Assembly: GCA_045586565.1 (NCBI GenBank)
Contig: JAZNAO010000006.1
Coordinates: forward strand, 1,457-65,456
DNA from: Candidatus Enterousia sp.
Lineage (GTDB): Bacteria > Pseudomonadota > Alphaproteobacteria > Rs-D84
Length of the DNA: 64,000 bases
Direction of reading: 5' to 3'
Positions 1 to 10,600 of the stretch are shown in pieces. A program made the position numbers and the translations under genes. The notes beneath the pieces are model-generated. The model did no database searches, was not told the DNA's origin, and saw only the letters and a program-made list of their open reading frames with translations. Every line of letters starts with the position of its first letter. Positions within the stretch are counted from its first letter, which is position 1.

Positions 1-483
1 AATTCTACGGACAGTCGTGTGACAGATTCGCGCCCAGATATCGAAGACGCGATTATTCGCCGTCGTCGTGTTTGTGAACAATGCGGGGCGAAATTTACAA
101 CTGTGGAACGTATTCAAATGCGCGATTTAATGGTTCGGAAAAACAGTGGAAAACTGGAACCCTTTGATCGTGAAAAATTGCGTCGCAGTATTAAATTGGC
201 GTGTCGTAATCGTGATGTTGGTGATGAACAAATTGAACGATTGGTAACATCTATCAATCGTCGCCTGGAAACCGAGGCCGCAGATGATACAGTCACCAGT
301 TCACTGGTTGGTCAAATGGTGTCTGATTCTTTGTTAAATCTGGACCCGATTGCATTTGTGCGTTTTGTGTCCGTGTATCGCAAATTTTCACGCGTATCTG
401 ACTTTAAAAAGATAATTGATAAAATCCCAGAAGATGACGAAGGGGCGGTGGTATGCAGACTGCCGAAAACATCGCTGTTCTGA
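1..483 (+). CDS. nrdR: Transcriptional repressor NrdR (5' end cut by window edge)
   Basis: Frame 1 is open from base 1 (NSTDSRVTDSRP...). The IRRRRVC-x2-CG-x-FTT-ER zinc-ribbon half and ATP-cone-like remainder fit NrdR. The first Cys pair lies upstream of the window. Confidence 0.85.
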   Translation, partial: NSTDSRVTDSRPDIEDAIIRRRRVCEQCGAKFTTVERIQMRDLMVRKNSGKLEPFDREKLRRSIKLACRNRDVGDEQIERLVTSINRRLETEAADDTVTSSLVGQMVSDSLLNLDPIAFVRFVSVYRKFSRVSDFKKIIDKIPEDDEGAVVCRLPKTSLF

Positions 484-485
484 TA

Positions 486-2210
486 ATGAAAAAAATTTTT
501 ACATTTTTAATGGCTTTGATTTTGCCACTGGGTGCTGTGGCGGCAGATTTACCACAGATTTTATCTGATGTCGACGTCAGTTTATACGAACAGATTTTTG
601 TATTACAGGATAAAGAAAAAATTGATACCGCGATAAAGGTGCAAAATCAAATTGCAGACAAATTGCTGATGCACGAAGTTTTATATCAGCGGTATATTTC
701 AGATACATATCGAACACGTGGCAAAGAAATCGCAGATTGGATGGAAAAATATTATTATATGCCAGGTGCATCGCGTATGGAAAAATTGGCAAAAATAAAA
801 AAAGCAAGCGTACGCAAAGCGCGCGTTCCTGCAATGATTTCAGGGTCTGAATCAATAGAGACCGCGCAATCTGAAACGTGGACCGCAAAAAAATATAGTG
901 GCAATGCTGCAAAGAAAATTGATGAATTTAAACGTGCAATTCGCAGTGGTTCAACCAAAGTTGCGCGTCAAATCCTGGAAGACAAATCGTTTAAAAAGAG
1001 TTTGACGGAATCTGACTATGGACGTTTGGCGGGACGTTTATCATATATTTATTATACAAATGGTGAAATGGAGTTGGCAAAAAAGTGGGGATTTGTGGCG
1101 TCTGATGCAGATTCTGAATACGGATTGTGGGCAATGGGATTGCTGTATTTCAAAGAAGAAAATTATATCGAAGCACAAAAATATTTTAGTCGTATCTTAG
1201 ATTTGCCGCAAATCAACAATGCCAGAAAGACCGAGGCCGCATTTTGGGCCGGACGTGCCGCAGATTTCAAAGGTGATATTAAAAATGCACATCGGTATTG
1301 GCAAATTGCTGCCACATACCCGATGGCGTTTTACGGTGCGTTGTCGGCAACAATGTTGGGCCAGCAACCAAAGTATGAATTCTTTGAAAATGATGTAACC
1401 GATGATGATATTACAGAACTGGCAAATACAGAATATGGTAAAATTGCGTTGGCATTATTACAGGTCGGACGCAAAGACAGGGCCGAAGAATATCTGAAAT
1501 ATTTAATTACGTCAAAGGCATCTGACAGAATATTACACGCGGTAAATTCTGTGGCATCGGCATATGGATTGCCCCGTGTATCTGTGCAATCGGCGTCTGT
1601 TATCAAAGACCGTGGCATTTTGGAAATTGATGACGATATTATTTATTCTGCACAATACCCACTGCCTGATTGGGAACCAATGGGTGGATGGTCAATTGAC
1701 CGTGCGCTGTTATTGGCAATCACAAAACAGGAAAGCAATTTTCGTGTGTCTGCAAAATCAGGGGCAGGGGCCAATGGTGTTATGCAATTGATGCCCAGCA
1801 CCGCCAAACGTGTTGCACGCGCAAATAAATTGGATATATCCCAAATGGATATGTCAAACCCAGAACACAATATGTTCTTGGGTCAGCAATATATTGTCGA
1901 TCTGTTGTCGCATCCAAATGTTGAAAACAGCATAATTAAAATGTTGGCGGCATATAATGCAGGTATGGGAACAATGGTAAAGTTTGAAAAATCTTTTTAT
2001 ACATATGACCCATTATTATATATCGAAAGTTTTCCGGCATATGAAACACGCAGTTATATAAAGCGCGTAATGTCAAACCTGTGGCTGTATCGTGCACGAT
2101 TGAATCAGCCGCTATCTTCGATGAAAGAATTAGCAAATGGAAACTGGCCATTATATAACAGCGAAGATGAGTATGTGCAACAGCAAATCGCACAACGTAT
2201 GATGATATAA
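486..2210 (+). CDS. slt: Soluble lytic murein transglycosylase (Slt family)
   Basis: ATG at 486 gives a signal peptide (MKKIFTFLMALILPLGAVAA). C-terminal SLT-domain motifs are present: ITKQESNF, GVMQLMPSTA, AAYNAG. Confidence 0.8.
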   Translation: MKKIFTFLMALILPLGAVAADLPQILSDVDVSLYEQIFVLQDKEKIDTAIKVQNQIADKLLMHEVLYQRYISDTYRTRGKEIADWMEKYYYMPGASRMEKLAKIKKASVRKARVPAMISGSESIETAQSETWTAKKYSGNAAKKIDEFKRAIRSGSTKVARQILEDKSFKKSLTESDYGRLAGRLSYIYYTNGEMELAKKWGFVASDADSEYGLWAMGLLYFKEENYIEAQKYFSRILDLPQINNARKTEAAFWAGRAADFKGDIKNAHRYWQIAATYPMAFYGALSATMLGQQPKYEFFENDVTDDDITELANTEYGKIALALLQVGRKDRAEEYLKYLITSKASDRILHAVNSVASAYGLPRVSVQSASVIKDRGILEIDDDIIYSAQYPLPDWEPMGGWSIDRALLLAITKQESNFRVSAKSGAGANGVMQLMPSTAKRVARANKLDISQMDMSNPEHNMFLGQQYIVDLLSHPNVENSIIKMLAAYNAGMGTMVKFEKSFYTYDPLLYIESFPAYETRSYIKRVMSNLWLYRARLNQPLSSMKELANGNWPLYNSEDEYVQQQIAQRMMI

Positions 2211-2224
2211 AATCATATAATTAT

Positions 2225-3106
2225 TTATTGTTCTTCGCCGAAATCCATATCGCGTAATTTTTCGGCCCTGGGCGCAATCTTCGCAACAGATGTCTGCAAC
2301 AGTTCGATATCATTTTGTGCCTGGGCAAAGTGTCGTGAAACGTTCCCCGCACGGTCAGACAGACGCGACAAATCCGTCAACAACATATCCAATTCATGTT
2401 TAATTTTTGCCGCCACGCGTTTGATTTTTATATCAGATAACACTGCGCGAATTGTATTCAGTGTTGCCCACAGTGTCGATGGCGACACAATAAACACCTT
2501 TTTGCGTGCTGCATATTCAATTGTATTTGGAAATTCACGATGCAACATTTCAAATATCGATTCTGATGCAATAAACATCATTGCGGATTCGGCAGTACGT
2601 CCGGCGATAATGTACTTTTCGCCGATTGCATCAATATGCTTGCGCACGTCCAATTCGAATTGTTTGCGTGCCATGCCGTCATTAGTATCCATCATCATCC
2701 GGTTATAACTTTCCAATGGAAATTTACTGTCGATAATCATATCGCCCGGCGGATAGGGCAGGCGGATAATACAGTCCGGTCGTACACCTGATTCCATCAC
2801 GCTTTGAAATGCATATGTTTCTGGTGGCATAATGTCGCGCACCAAATCTTCCAGTTGGCGTTCGCCAAATGTGCCGCGCGCCTGTTTATTGCCCATTAAA
2901 ATGTTTTTAAAGTTCGCAATATCAGAACTGATATTTTTCAATTCAATTGCGTTCTGGCTTAACGCGCCCAGGCGTTCTGCCAACCGTTCGCGCAGTCGCG
3001 CATTGTCTTCGCGCAGGGCCGATATATCAATCGTTGGCCGGCGCATTAAAATCGCAACCAATAAAACAATAATTATTCCCAATAACACAAAAATATAAGT
3101 TGTCAT
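2225..3106 (-). CDS. rmuC: DNA recombination protein RmuC
   Basis: N-terminal TM helix, then a coiled coil, then a RmuC-type core (PDCIIRLP...IIDSKFPLESY). Confidence 0.75.
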   Translation of the reverse strand: MTTYIFVLLGIIIVLLVAILMRRPTIDISALREDNARLRERLAERLGALSQNAIELKNISSDIANFKNILMGNKQARGTFGERQLEDLVRDIMPPETYAFQSVMESGVRPDCIIRLPYPPGDMIIDSKFPLESYNRMMMDTNDGMARKQFELDVRKHIDAIGEKYIIAGRTAESAMMFIASESIFEMLHREFPNTIEYAARKKVFIVSPSTLWATLNTIRAVLSDIKIKRVAAKIKHELDMLLTDLSRLSDRAGNVSRHFAQAQNDIELLQTSVAKIAPRAEKLRDMDFGEEQ

Positions 3107-3148
3107 TTCCTAATCCTTTGCTATGATTTATTATAAAGGTAAATAAAT

Positions 3149-3652
3149 ATGTTGCAAATGAAACTTTGTGGTGACTTGATTTTACGCACACAATGTGCGC
3201 CGGTGGTCAATATCACCCCTGACTTATTAAAAACCATGGACGAAATGGTTGAAATTATGCGCGAACAAAATGGTGTTGGCCTGGCCGCGCCCCAGATTGG
3301 CGCATTATCTCGTTTTCTGGTGATGATGGACCCTGATACAGAAACCGTATACAAAATGATAAATCCGAAAATTTTGTCTTATGGGGATAAAAACTGCACA
3401 ATGGAAGAAGGCTGTCTGTCTGTATTGGGTAATGACGGTTTGCCGGTATTTTCAAATGTATCCCGCCCAGAATCCGTGGTTGTATCGTGGACAGATGAAA
3501 ATGGTGAAAACAAAACCGCACAAATGTCGGGTCTGCCGGGGCGGATTGTTCAACATGAAACAGATCATCTGGACGGGAAATTATTTATCGATTACCTGTC
3601 GCCGATTAAACGCGAAATGTTGATGAGAAAGGTTAAAAAGTTTAAAAAATGA
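3149..3652 (+). CDS. def: Peptide deformylase
   Basis: All three PDF motifs are present: GLAAPQIG, EGCLS, QHETDHLDG. The stop overlaps the fmt start (ATGA). Confidence 0.92.
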   Translation: MLQMKLCGDLILRTQCAPVVNITPDLLKTMDEMVEIMREQNGVGLAAPQIGALSRFLVMMDPDTETVYKMINPKILSYGDKNCTMEEGCLSVLGNDGLPVFSNVSRPESVVVSWTDENGENKTAQMSGLPGRIVQHETDHLDGKLFIDYLSPIKREMLMRKVKKFKK

Positions 3653-4455
3653 AATTGGTTTTAATGGGCACGAATTCTTTTGTTGTGCCAATCTTTGATG
3701 CGATAAAAAATGCAGGCCATGAAATTGTGGCTGTGTTTACGCGCGCGCCAAAGCCCATGGGGCGCAAGCAAATCTTGACACCGTCGCCTGTGCATGTTTG
3801 GGCAAATGAAAACGGATTGACTGTTCACACAAATATTAATGAATATAATTATGCGCCTGATATGGTCGTTGTGATTTCGTACGGTGTGATTTTGCGTGAT
3901 AATGTCCTAAATTCTGCCCCATGCATAAATATTCACCCCAGCATGTTACCAAAATACCGTGGCCCATCACCAATTCGCACAGCCTTGTATAATGGCGATA
4001 CAACGTCGGCGGTATGTTTAATGCAGGTAACACCCGAACTGGACGCAGGTGATATTTACATGTGTCGTGAATTCGACATTGATATTGACGACACAAACGA
4101 AACGGTGGAAAACAAAGTTTCCGAAATTGGTGCCAAAATGATGGTTGATTATTTGGCTAAATCGGACTATTATCCTGCCACGCCACAGTGTGGCGATGTG
4201 ACATTTACCCGAAAATGGACGGGCGATGATGAAATCATAGACTGGTCGCGTGGCGATATGGCGATACACAATCAGATACGCGCACTGGGGTCTGGTCGCA
4301 CCAAGATTAACGGGATAGATGTAAAGATATTAAGAACAAGAATTTGCAACGGCAAACTGGAAATACTGTCAATTCAGCCGGCAGGTAAAAAGCCAATGGA
4401 TTGGAAAAGCTTTGTTAATGGTTTGCGCGGCGCAGATATAGTATTAGGGAAGTAA
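3649..4455 (+). CDS. fmt: Methionyl-tRNA formyltransferase (short form, 268 aa)
   Basis: Formyltransferase motif HPSMLPKYRGPSPI and def-fmt synteny with a 4-nt overlap. Confidence 0.85.
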   Translation: MKLVLMGTNSFVVPIFDAIKNAGHEIVAVFTRAPKPMGRKQILTPSPVHVWANENGLTVHTNINEYNYAPDMVVVISYGVILRDNVLNSAPCINIHPSMLPKYRGPSPIRTALYNGDTTSAVCLMQVTPELDAGDIYMCREFDIDIDDTNETVENKVSEIGAKMMVDYLAKSDYYPATPQCGDVTFTRKWTGDDEIIDWSRGDMAIHNQIRALGSGRTKINGIDVKILRTRICNGKLEILSIQPAGKKPMDWKSFVNGLRGADIVLGK

Positions 4456-4461
4456 AGGAAA

Positions 4462-4644
4462 ATGAGTACAAATAATACACAAGATGATTGTTGCCAGGTA
4501 TGTGAAAAATGTGCAAAATCCAATCAAACATTTTTCTGTTTAGATAGACATTGGTTTTGGCGTGCACTGATGGGGGAAGAACGCGTTCCACAGAATGGAT
4601 GGTGCAATCACTTTAAAAGGTTGGCAAATCAGCACAGCAGATAA
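4462..4644 (+). CDS. Hypothetical small Cys-rich protein (60 aa)
   Basis: ORF with a plausible RBS (AAAGGAAAATG) directly after fmt. It has six Cys (CC-x2-C-x2-C...C...C). I recognise no family. Confidence 0.25.
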   Translation: MSTNNTQDDCCQVCEKCAKSNQTFFCLDRHWFWRALMGEERVPQNGWCNHFKRLANQHSR

Positions 4645-4871
4645 AGGTATAATATGGCAGAACGGTTTTGTAAATATAAACAAAAAGACGTCACATACAA
4701 CGAATATAACAAGAATTGTCTTTGTGTTCCCACAGATACTGTGTTGGCGCGCTCAGATGCGCGCATGCATATTGTATCGCTTTCGACGCATCTTTTGCAA
4801 AAGATAAGGCCAAACAATGTCGTGCATGCCTGCGTAAAACCCGCGAAGAAACACAAAAACAAAGATAATAT

Positions 4872-5603
4872 ATGACACGATATAAAGTAATCTTGGAATA
4901 TGATGGCACAGGCCTGATTGGGTGGCAAGAAAACCGCCATGGGCCGTCTGTGCAATCAATTATGAAAGATGCCATTGAATGTTTTTGTGGTGCGCGCGTT
5001 GATGTTGTGGCGGCGGGACGCACAGATGCCGGTGTGCATGCGGTTGCGATGACGGCGCACTTTGACATTGATGGTGAACATGATGCCGAAACCGTTATGC
5101 GGGCATTAAATTTTTATTTGGTAAATAAACCTGTGGCGGTGTTGGATTGTGAAATTGTGCCTGATGAATTTCATGCGCGATTTGATTGTGTCGCGCGCCA
5201 TTATAAATATGTTGTTTTAAATCGTGGGCCGTCACCGGTACTGCAACAAAATCGTGTTTATTGGGTGCCAAAGAAATTAGATGTTGATGCAATGCGTGCA
5301 GCCGCAGAAAAATTAATCGGCAATCATGATTTTACCAGTTTTCGTGCATCTGAATGCCAGGCGAAATCCCCAATTAAAACATTGGACAGAATAGAAATAA
5401 CCCAAAACGGCGACGAAATTATTTTTGAATTTTCTGCGCGTTCGTTCTTGCATCATATGGTGCGTAATATTGTTGGTACACTGATTGAAATTGGTCATGG
5501 TAAACCATATGATATTGATGAAGTGTTGGCGGCAAAGAATCGTGCGGCGGCGGGCCCAACGGCGCCGGCGTCTGGATTATATTTTATGCGCGCAGAATAT
5601 TAA
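4872..5603 (+). CDS. truA: tRNA pseudouridine(38-40) synthase TruA
   Basis: Catalytic motif AAGRTDAGVHA, with TruA-typical length and layout. Confidence 0.9.
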   Translation: MTRYKVILEYDGTGLIGWQENRHGPSVQSIMKDAIECFCGARVDVVAAGRTDAGVHAVAMTAHFDIDGEHDAETVMRALNFYLVNKPVAVLDCEIVPDEFHARFDCVARHYKYVVLNRGPSPVLQQNRVYWVPKKLDVDAMRAAAEKLIGNHDFTSFRASECQAKSPIKTLDRIEITQNGDEIIFEFSARSFLHHMVRNIVGTLIEIGHGKPYDIDEVLAAKNRAAAGPTAPASGLYFMRAEY

Positions 5604-7546
5604 TGCCATGGCCGATTGGCGGGTGTGTATTTTATACGACCATTTGGGTACATTATAAATCCACCACGCAATATTTTGTGTGCACATTTTTCTGAATCTA
5701 TATTCCAATAAGACACAATATAATCCACACTTTCATCATTGCATAATTTTTGCAGATTATTCATCAGTGGTACGAACTTTTGGATATAAACAATATTGTT
5801 ATATCTGTATACACCGTTGTCGTGTTTGCGACGTGGGTTTGGTGTGTCGATTGCTTCGTTATTTAATTTCTTCCACGTGTTAAACGCAAAGAAATGATTT
5901 GATGCACGTGATTTATTAAATTCCAGTTTCCCATTGTCATCGATAAATCCAACCAGTTCATTATCATGCGTTGTATAAAATATCGGCTTTGGTGTTGTCG
6001 AAACATAAATTGCCCCAGACATGCAAAACACAATACACAAGATAATATTTAATCTGATTTTGTATGGTGTGATTACAATCAAACTAATCAGTCCCAATAT
6101 AAAACACATTATTGCAGCATTTGAAATATGTGGTACGTCAATTACAGACATTGGCAATTGTGCAATCCAATTTGCAATCTGAAATGCCATGTCATAAATT
6201 TGGTGCGCCCAGTTTAATGGGAATAAAATCCCAAACACAGATAACAATGCGCCGATTATAACCAGTGGCATAATTGTCACTGAAAATATAGGCAATAAAA
6301 TTAAATTACCCAGTATGCTGTATGTCGGAATTGTACCAAAATGCATGGCAACAAATGGGGCGGTAAATATCCCGGCCCACACAGATGTTAAAACAGATGC
6401 ATATGTAATCTTTAATATTTTGTTATGTGGCATTTTCGGTTTAACGACGTCATACATCCATACCAATCCAAATACCGCGGCAAAAGATAATTGAAATCCA
6501 GCCTGCATTACATAGTGCGGATTTATCAAAAACATTAATATAAAGACCATTGCAATATTACGCATTGAAATTGCACTGCGTCCGAAAATAAATGCCATAA
6601 ATACCAGTGTTGTCATACAAAACGCGCGAAATGTCGCCGTGTCTGCCCCAGATAAACACATATAAAATAATAATCCCGCCCACGCGCATATTAACGCCGG
6701 GGATTTTGCCGGTATCCGTCGTGTGATGTATGGAATACTGCGGAATATGAAAAAGAACACAACAAATAACCATCCGCCCAGTAATGTCATATGAAATCCA
6801 CTGATTGACCAAATGTGTCCGACACCGGCAGATGTCCAAATTACATCATCCTTTTCTGGAACCATGTTTTTATATCCCAACACCAAACTGTCGACCAAGA
6901 AAGATTCTGATTTGTGGTGAATAAATTCGCGCAGATTTACACTGTTTGCATGATTGATAATTTTCAAATCTGTGACATAACCCGTCGCAGTCAGGTTATT
7001 AAAATATGCATGTCGTGCCCAATCAAATGTTTCTGGCGCAGGCGCCGGTGACATACCGAACAGTCCAACCGTTGCAGATATATTGTCACCGACATTTGGC
7101 ACAATAATATCATCGCCAATTTTAACACGCACGCGTGCCATCCCATTGCCTGCGCGAATATCTGATGCACGTACCGATAAATACAAACGTTTGCCGTCTG
7201 GGGTATAGTCAATTGATTCAACAATCGCATTTATATTATGGTCGTGTAAATCATATTTTAGTTTTGGTGTGTCGACTAAATGTGTATATATGAACGCATA
7301 ACAAAAACCAAAACAGAGCAGGGCAATCCCGCGAATAATATTTGGAATTTTATTCCAGAATATAATTGTAATTAACCCCAGTGTAATTATCGGCAATCCA
7401 ATGATGTATGGTTCGGCCGGCATAGTAAAATATAACGCGGCGCCAAACGCCATTAAAAATGGCACGAACCAAAACAAGTTTTCAGATTGATATTTCCACC
7501 AATTTTTCATATCCAAATTATAGGAATTTATTCTGTTGCCCTGCAA
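5600..7546 (-). CDS. comEC: ComEC/Rec2-family DNA internalisation channel protein (no metallo-beta-lactamase domain visible)
   Basis: Polytopic membrane protein with a soluble insertion between N-terminal TMs (DUF4131-like), followed by a competence-domain-like TM bundle. I saw no HxHxDH motif anywhere in the protein. Confidence 0.75.
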   Translation of the reverse strand: MQGNRINSYNLDMKNWWKYQSENLFWFVPFLMAFGAALYFTMPAEPYIIGLPIITLGLITIIFWNKIPNIIRGIALLCFGFCYAFIYTHLVDTPKLKYDLHDHNINAIVESIDYTPDGKRLYLSVRASDIRAGNGMARVRVKIGDDIIVPNVGDNISATVGLFGMSPAPAPETFDWARHAYFNNLTATGYVTDLKIINHANSVNLREFIHHKSESFLVDSLVLGYKNMVPEKDDVIWTSAGVGHIWSISGFHMTLLGGWLFVVFFFIFRSIPYITRRIPAKSPALICAWAGLLFYMCLSGADTATFRAFCMTTLVFMAFIFGRSAISMRNIAMVFILMFLINPHYVMQAGFQLSFAAVFGLVWMYDVVKPKMPHNKILKITYASVLTSVWAGIFTAPFVAMHFGTIPTYSILGNLILLPIFSVTIMPLVIIGALLSVFGILFPLNWAHQIYDMAFQIANWIAQLPMSVIDVPHISNAAIMCFILGLISLIVITPYKIRLNIILCIVFCMSGAIYVSTTPKPIFYTTHDNELVGFIDDNGKLEFNKSRASNHFFAFNTWKKLNNEAIDTPNPRRKHDNGVYRYNNIVYIQKFVPLMNNLQKLCNDESVDYIVSYWNIDSEKCAHKILRGGFIMYPNGRIKYTPANRPWH

Positions 7547-7588
7547 TGATATTTTTTGTATGATAGAATTCCATAAGGAGGCTCTCTT

Positions 7589-9160
7589 ATGGCAAGATAT
7601 ATATTTATTACTGGTGGGGTTGTATCAAGTTTAGGCAAGGGCGTCGCAGCGGCAGGTTGCGGCGCCCTTCTTCAATCGCGTGGATATACGGTGCATGCGC
7701 GAAAATTTGACCCGTATTTGAATATTGATCCTGGGACAATGTCACCATTTCAGCACGGTGAAGTTTACGTGACAAATGACGGTTATGAAACAGATTTAGA
7801 TTTAGGATATTATGAACGTTTCTTGGGTGCAAAATTATCCAGAAACGATTCTGTATCTGGGGGGCGAATATATTGGGATGTATTAAATGCCGAACGTCGT
7901 GGGGACTATCTGGGTGGTACAGTGCAAATGATTCCGCACGTTTCAAATAAAATAAAAGAATACATTGCTGCACCAACTGATACAGATTTTGTGGTGTGCG
8001 AAATTGGTGGCACCGTAGGCGATATCGAAGGTAAGATTTTCTTAGAATCAATACGTCAATTCGCAAATGATGTTGGTCGCAAAAATGTTATGTTTGTTCA
8101 TTTAACATTGGCGCCATATTTGGAAAAATCAGGTGAATTAAAAACCAAGCCAACCCAGATGTCTGTTCGACAATTACTGGAAAACGGAATCCAGGCAGAT
8201 ATGCTGATTGTGCGAACGCCACGAATGTTGACGGCCGATGAGCGCGATAAAATCGGAATGTTTTGTAATCTGCCATCCAAAAGTGTCATCAGTGGAATTG
8301 ACGTTGATAATATCTATAAAATACCATTGGCATACGAATCCCAACACGTCTTTGACATTATTGCCAATCATTTTGATTTACCACATGCGCGGGGTGACAT
8401 GACGCGATTTGAACGTATTGAACGATATCTGGATGCAGATTTGCCGACGGTCAACATTGGTATTGTGGGCAAATACTTTAATGTCCCAGACGCGTATAAA
8501 TCATTAAACGAGGCCTTGTTTCATTCTGGTATACAAAATAATGTGCACATAAATTTATGTAAACTGGATGCGGAAAAATTCACCCCAGACGATTGTCGCA
8601 ACATGCATGGAATATTAGTTCCCGGGGGATTTGGTGTTCGTGGCACAGATGGTAAAATTGCCGCTGCAAAATACGCACGTGAAAACAAAATTCCATATAT
8701 GGGGATATGTCTGGGGATGCAGGTTGCAGTTATTGAATTTGCGCGCAATGTATTGGGTATTGATAATGCAAATTCGTCAGAATTTAGTTCTGATTGCACC
8801 CCGGTGATTGGGATTATGTCAGAACACAATGCAGAAAATATGGGTGGCACATTGCGATTGGGCGCATACCCATGCAATATAACACCAAACACATTGGCGC
8901 ACCAGATATATAATACAACACAAATATCCGAACGGCATCGCCACAGATACGAAATGGACATATCTTTAGAGAAACGCTTTGCCGATGCTGGTATGATAAT
9001 ATCTGGGCGCAGTCCCGATGGAACATTGCCGGAAATGATTGAGCTTTGCAATCATCCCTTCTTTATTGCGGGTCAATTTCACCCAGAATTTCAATCGTCG
9101 CCATACACGGGCCATCCGATGTTTAATGCATTTGTATCTGCGGCAAAAAAACAAATATAA
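7589..9160 (+). CDS. pyrG: CTP synthase
   Basis: N-terminus ARYIFITGGVVSSLGKG, glutaminase Cys motif GICLGMQ, and C-terminal HPEF. Confidence 0.95.
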   Translation: MARYIFITGGVVSSLGKGVAAAGCGALLQSRGYTVHARKFDPYLNIDPGTMSPFQHGEVYVTNDGYETDLDLGYYERFLGAKLSRNDSVSGGRIYWDVLNAERRGDYLGGTVQMIPHVSNKIKEYIAAPTDTDFVVCEIGGTVGDIEGKIFLESIRQFANDVGRKNVMFVHLTLAPYLEKSGELKTKPTQMSVRQLLENGIQADMLIVRTPRMLTADERDKIGMFCNLPSKSVISGIDVDNIYKIPLAYESQHVFDIIANHFDLPHARGDMTRFERIERYLDADLPTVNIGIVGKYFNVPDAYKSLNEALFHSGIQNNVHINLCKLDAEKFTPDDCRNMHGILVPGGFGVRGTDGKIAAAKYARENKIPYMGICLGMQVAVIEFARNVLGIDNANSSEFSSDCTPVIGIMSEHNAENMGGTLRLGAYPCNITPNTLAHQIYNTTQISERHRHRYEMDISLEKRFADAGMIISGRSPDGTLPEMIELCNHPFFIAGQFHPEFQSSPYTGHPMFNAFVSAAKKQI

Positions 9161-9183
9161 AATCCCCCGTCTGGGGGATTTTC
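9158..9183. terminator. Bidirectional terminator between pyrG and skp-like gene
   Basis: ATCCCCC-GTCT-GGGGGAT hairpin flanked by an A-run and a T-run. Confidence 0.75.
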
Positions 9184-9849
9184 TTAGAAACCTTGTGGTT
9201 TGTCCATTTTGACCTTGGATACTTTTTTATCCAATGCCTGGATTACTTCGTTTGTAATGTCCAGATTTTCTGTGTTTGCACCTGTGCGCGCCATACGACC
9301 GTCGATTACCAATGACAGTTGTTTTTTATCAATGATACCTTCGATAACCGGGTCCAGATGTTTTACCTGAATATCATTCAATGCCTTTTGGAAAGACATT
9401 TCAACACTCTGTGCACGTTCGGTCAATTCGCGTTGCAGATTTGTCACTTTGTTTTGATAGTCAACAACGCGACGTTGTAATGCTTCACGTGACAGAACGT
9501 CTTGTGATTTTTCGATTTCTTCCTTTTCTTCTTCCAGTTCTTTCTGCTTTTTTGTCAATTCATCACGCAGTTTACTTTCATATGATTCTTTCTGTGCGCG
9601 TAAATCAGCCAACGCCACAGCATCATTTTGAATTGCGTCCATACGTATAACCGCGATACGCAGGTTTGCCGCGCTTGCGGCATCTGTGGTTACGACTTCC
9701 ATTGCATCGGCAACAGATGCGCCCGTATCAGAATTTAATGCCGATACCCCCCATACACCCAATGCCGCGACTGCGATAACAACCGCCGCCACAATGCCAG
9801 TTTTTTTATAGTTTTTTACAACCTGATTTTCATTTGATTTTTTTACCAT
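9184..9849 (-). CDS. OmpH/Skp-like periplasmic chaperone (membrane-anchored)
   Basis: N-terminal hydrophobic anchor, a long charged coiled coil, and a C-terminal ...LDITNEVIQALDKK resembling the OmpH family. Confidence 0.55.
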   Translation of the reverse strand: MVKKSNENQVVKNYKKTGIVAAVVIAVAALGVWGVSALNSDTGASVADAMEVVTTDAASAANLRIAVIRMDAIQNDAVALADLRAQKESYESKLRDELTKKQKELEEEKEEIEKSQDVLSREALQRRVVDYQNKVTNLQRELTERAQSVEMSFQKALNDIQVKHLDPVIEGIIDKKQLSLVIDGRMARTGANTENLDITNEVIQALDKKVSKVKMDKPQGF

Positions 9850-9916
9850 TTTTCCGTCCTTTATGTTTTGTTATACGTATACTATAACAACAAAAAAATA
9901 AAATGAAAAGGGAAAG

Positions 9917-10600
9917 TTATCTGGCGGGACTAAGCCTGATTTCAACCCGTCGATTGGTCAAACGACCGATGTCATCTTGTGCGGCGATGGGGCGTGCCGC
10001 GCCACGACCAACGATAAACATACGTGCCGTACTGATATCGTGTTGTGCCATATATACGCCAACGCGTTTCGCCATATCAATCGATAGCGCATATGCCGCA
10101 TTTGTGTCACGCATTGCATCTGTATATCCTGCGATTTCAATAAAAGTTGCGTCATATTGTTTTAATATTTTTGTAATAATTTTCAATGTATCATCACCTG
10201 TTGATGAAATATCGGCAATATCTAATTCCATAATCGCATCCCGTACCAGTATAACAACCACATCCGTTCCGGCACGTTGCACAGAAATCCCCGGCTTGCG
10301 CAGGGCGTCATACAATGCGTATTCCAGGCTTTTCATATATTGTGTTGCAATGATATTGTCGTTTGTTGTTTTGTCACCATATGATAATGTGTCGTCTGCA
10401 TCAACTGCGTCACCCACCAATTTGCCGCCTGCGCCCAGATATACAGGTCGCTTTGCGACGCGTGACATTTCGGTCATATCCGTCCAACTGGCGCCATTTA
10501 AATATTGTGACCATGTTTGTCTGTCTGGGCTGGTATACGGCATACACCCATTTAGTATGCTAAATAAAGATAATATAAAAATAAATTTTAATTTATTCAT
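9917..10600 (-). CDS. OmpA/Pal-like peptidoglycan-binding lipoprotein
   Basis: Lipobox LSLFSILNGC. C-terminal OmpA-like domain: IEIAGYTD...ALSIDMAKRV...RRVEIRL. The start abuts the stop of the pilin gene. Confidence 0.7.
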   Translation of the reverse strand: MNKLKFIFILSLFSILNGCMPYTSPDRQTWSQYLNGASWTDMTEMSRVAKRPVYLGAGGKLVGDAVDADDTLSYGDKTTNDNIIATQYMKSLEYALYDALRKPGISVQRAGTDVVVILVRDAIMELDIADISSTGDDTLKIITKILKQYDATFIEIAGYTDAMRDTNAAYALSIDMAKRVGVYMAQHDISTARMFIVGRGAARPIAAQDDIGRLTNRRVEIRLSPAR

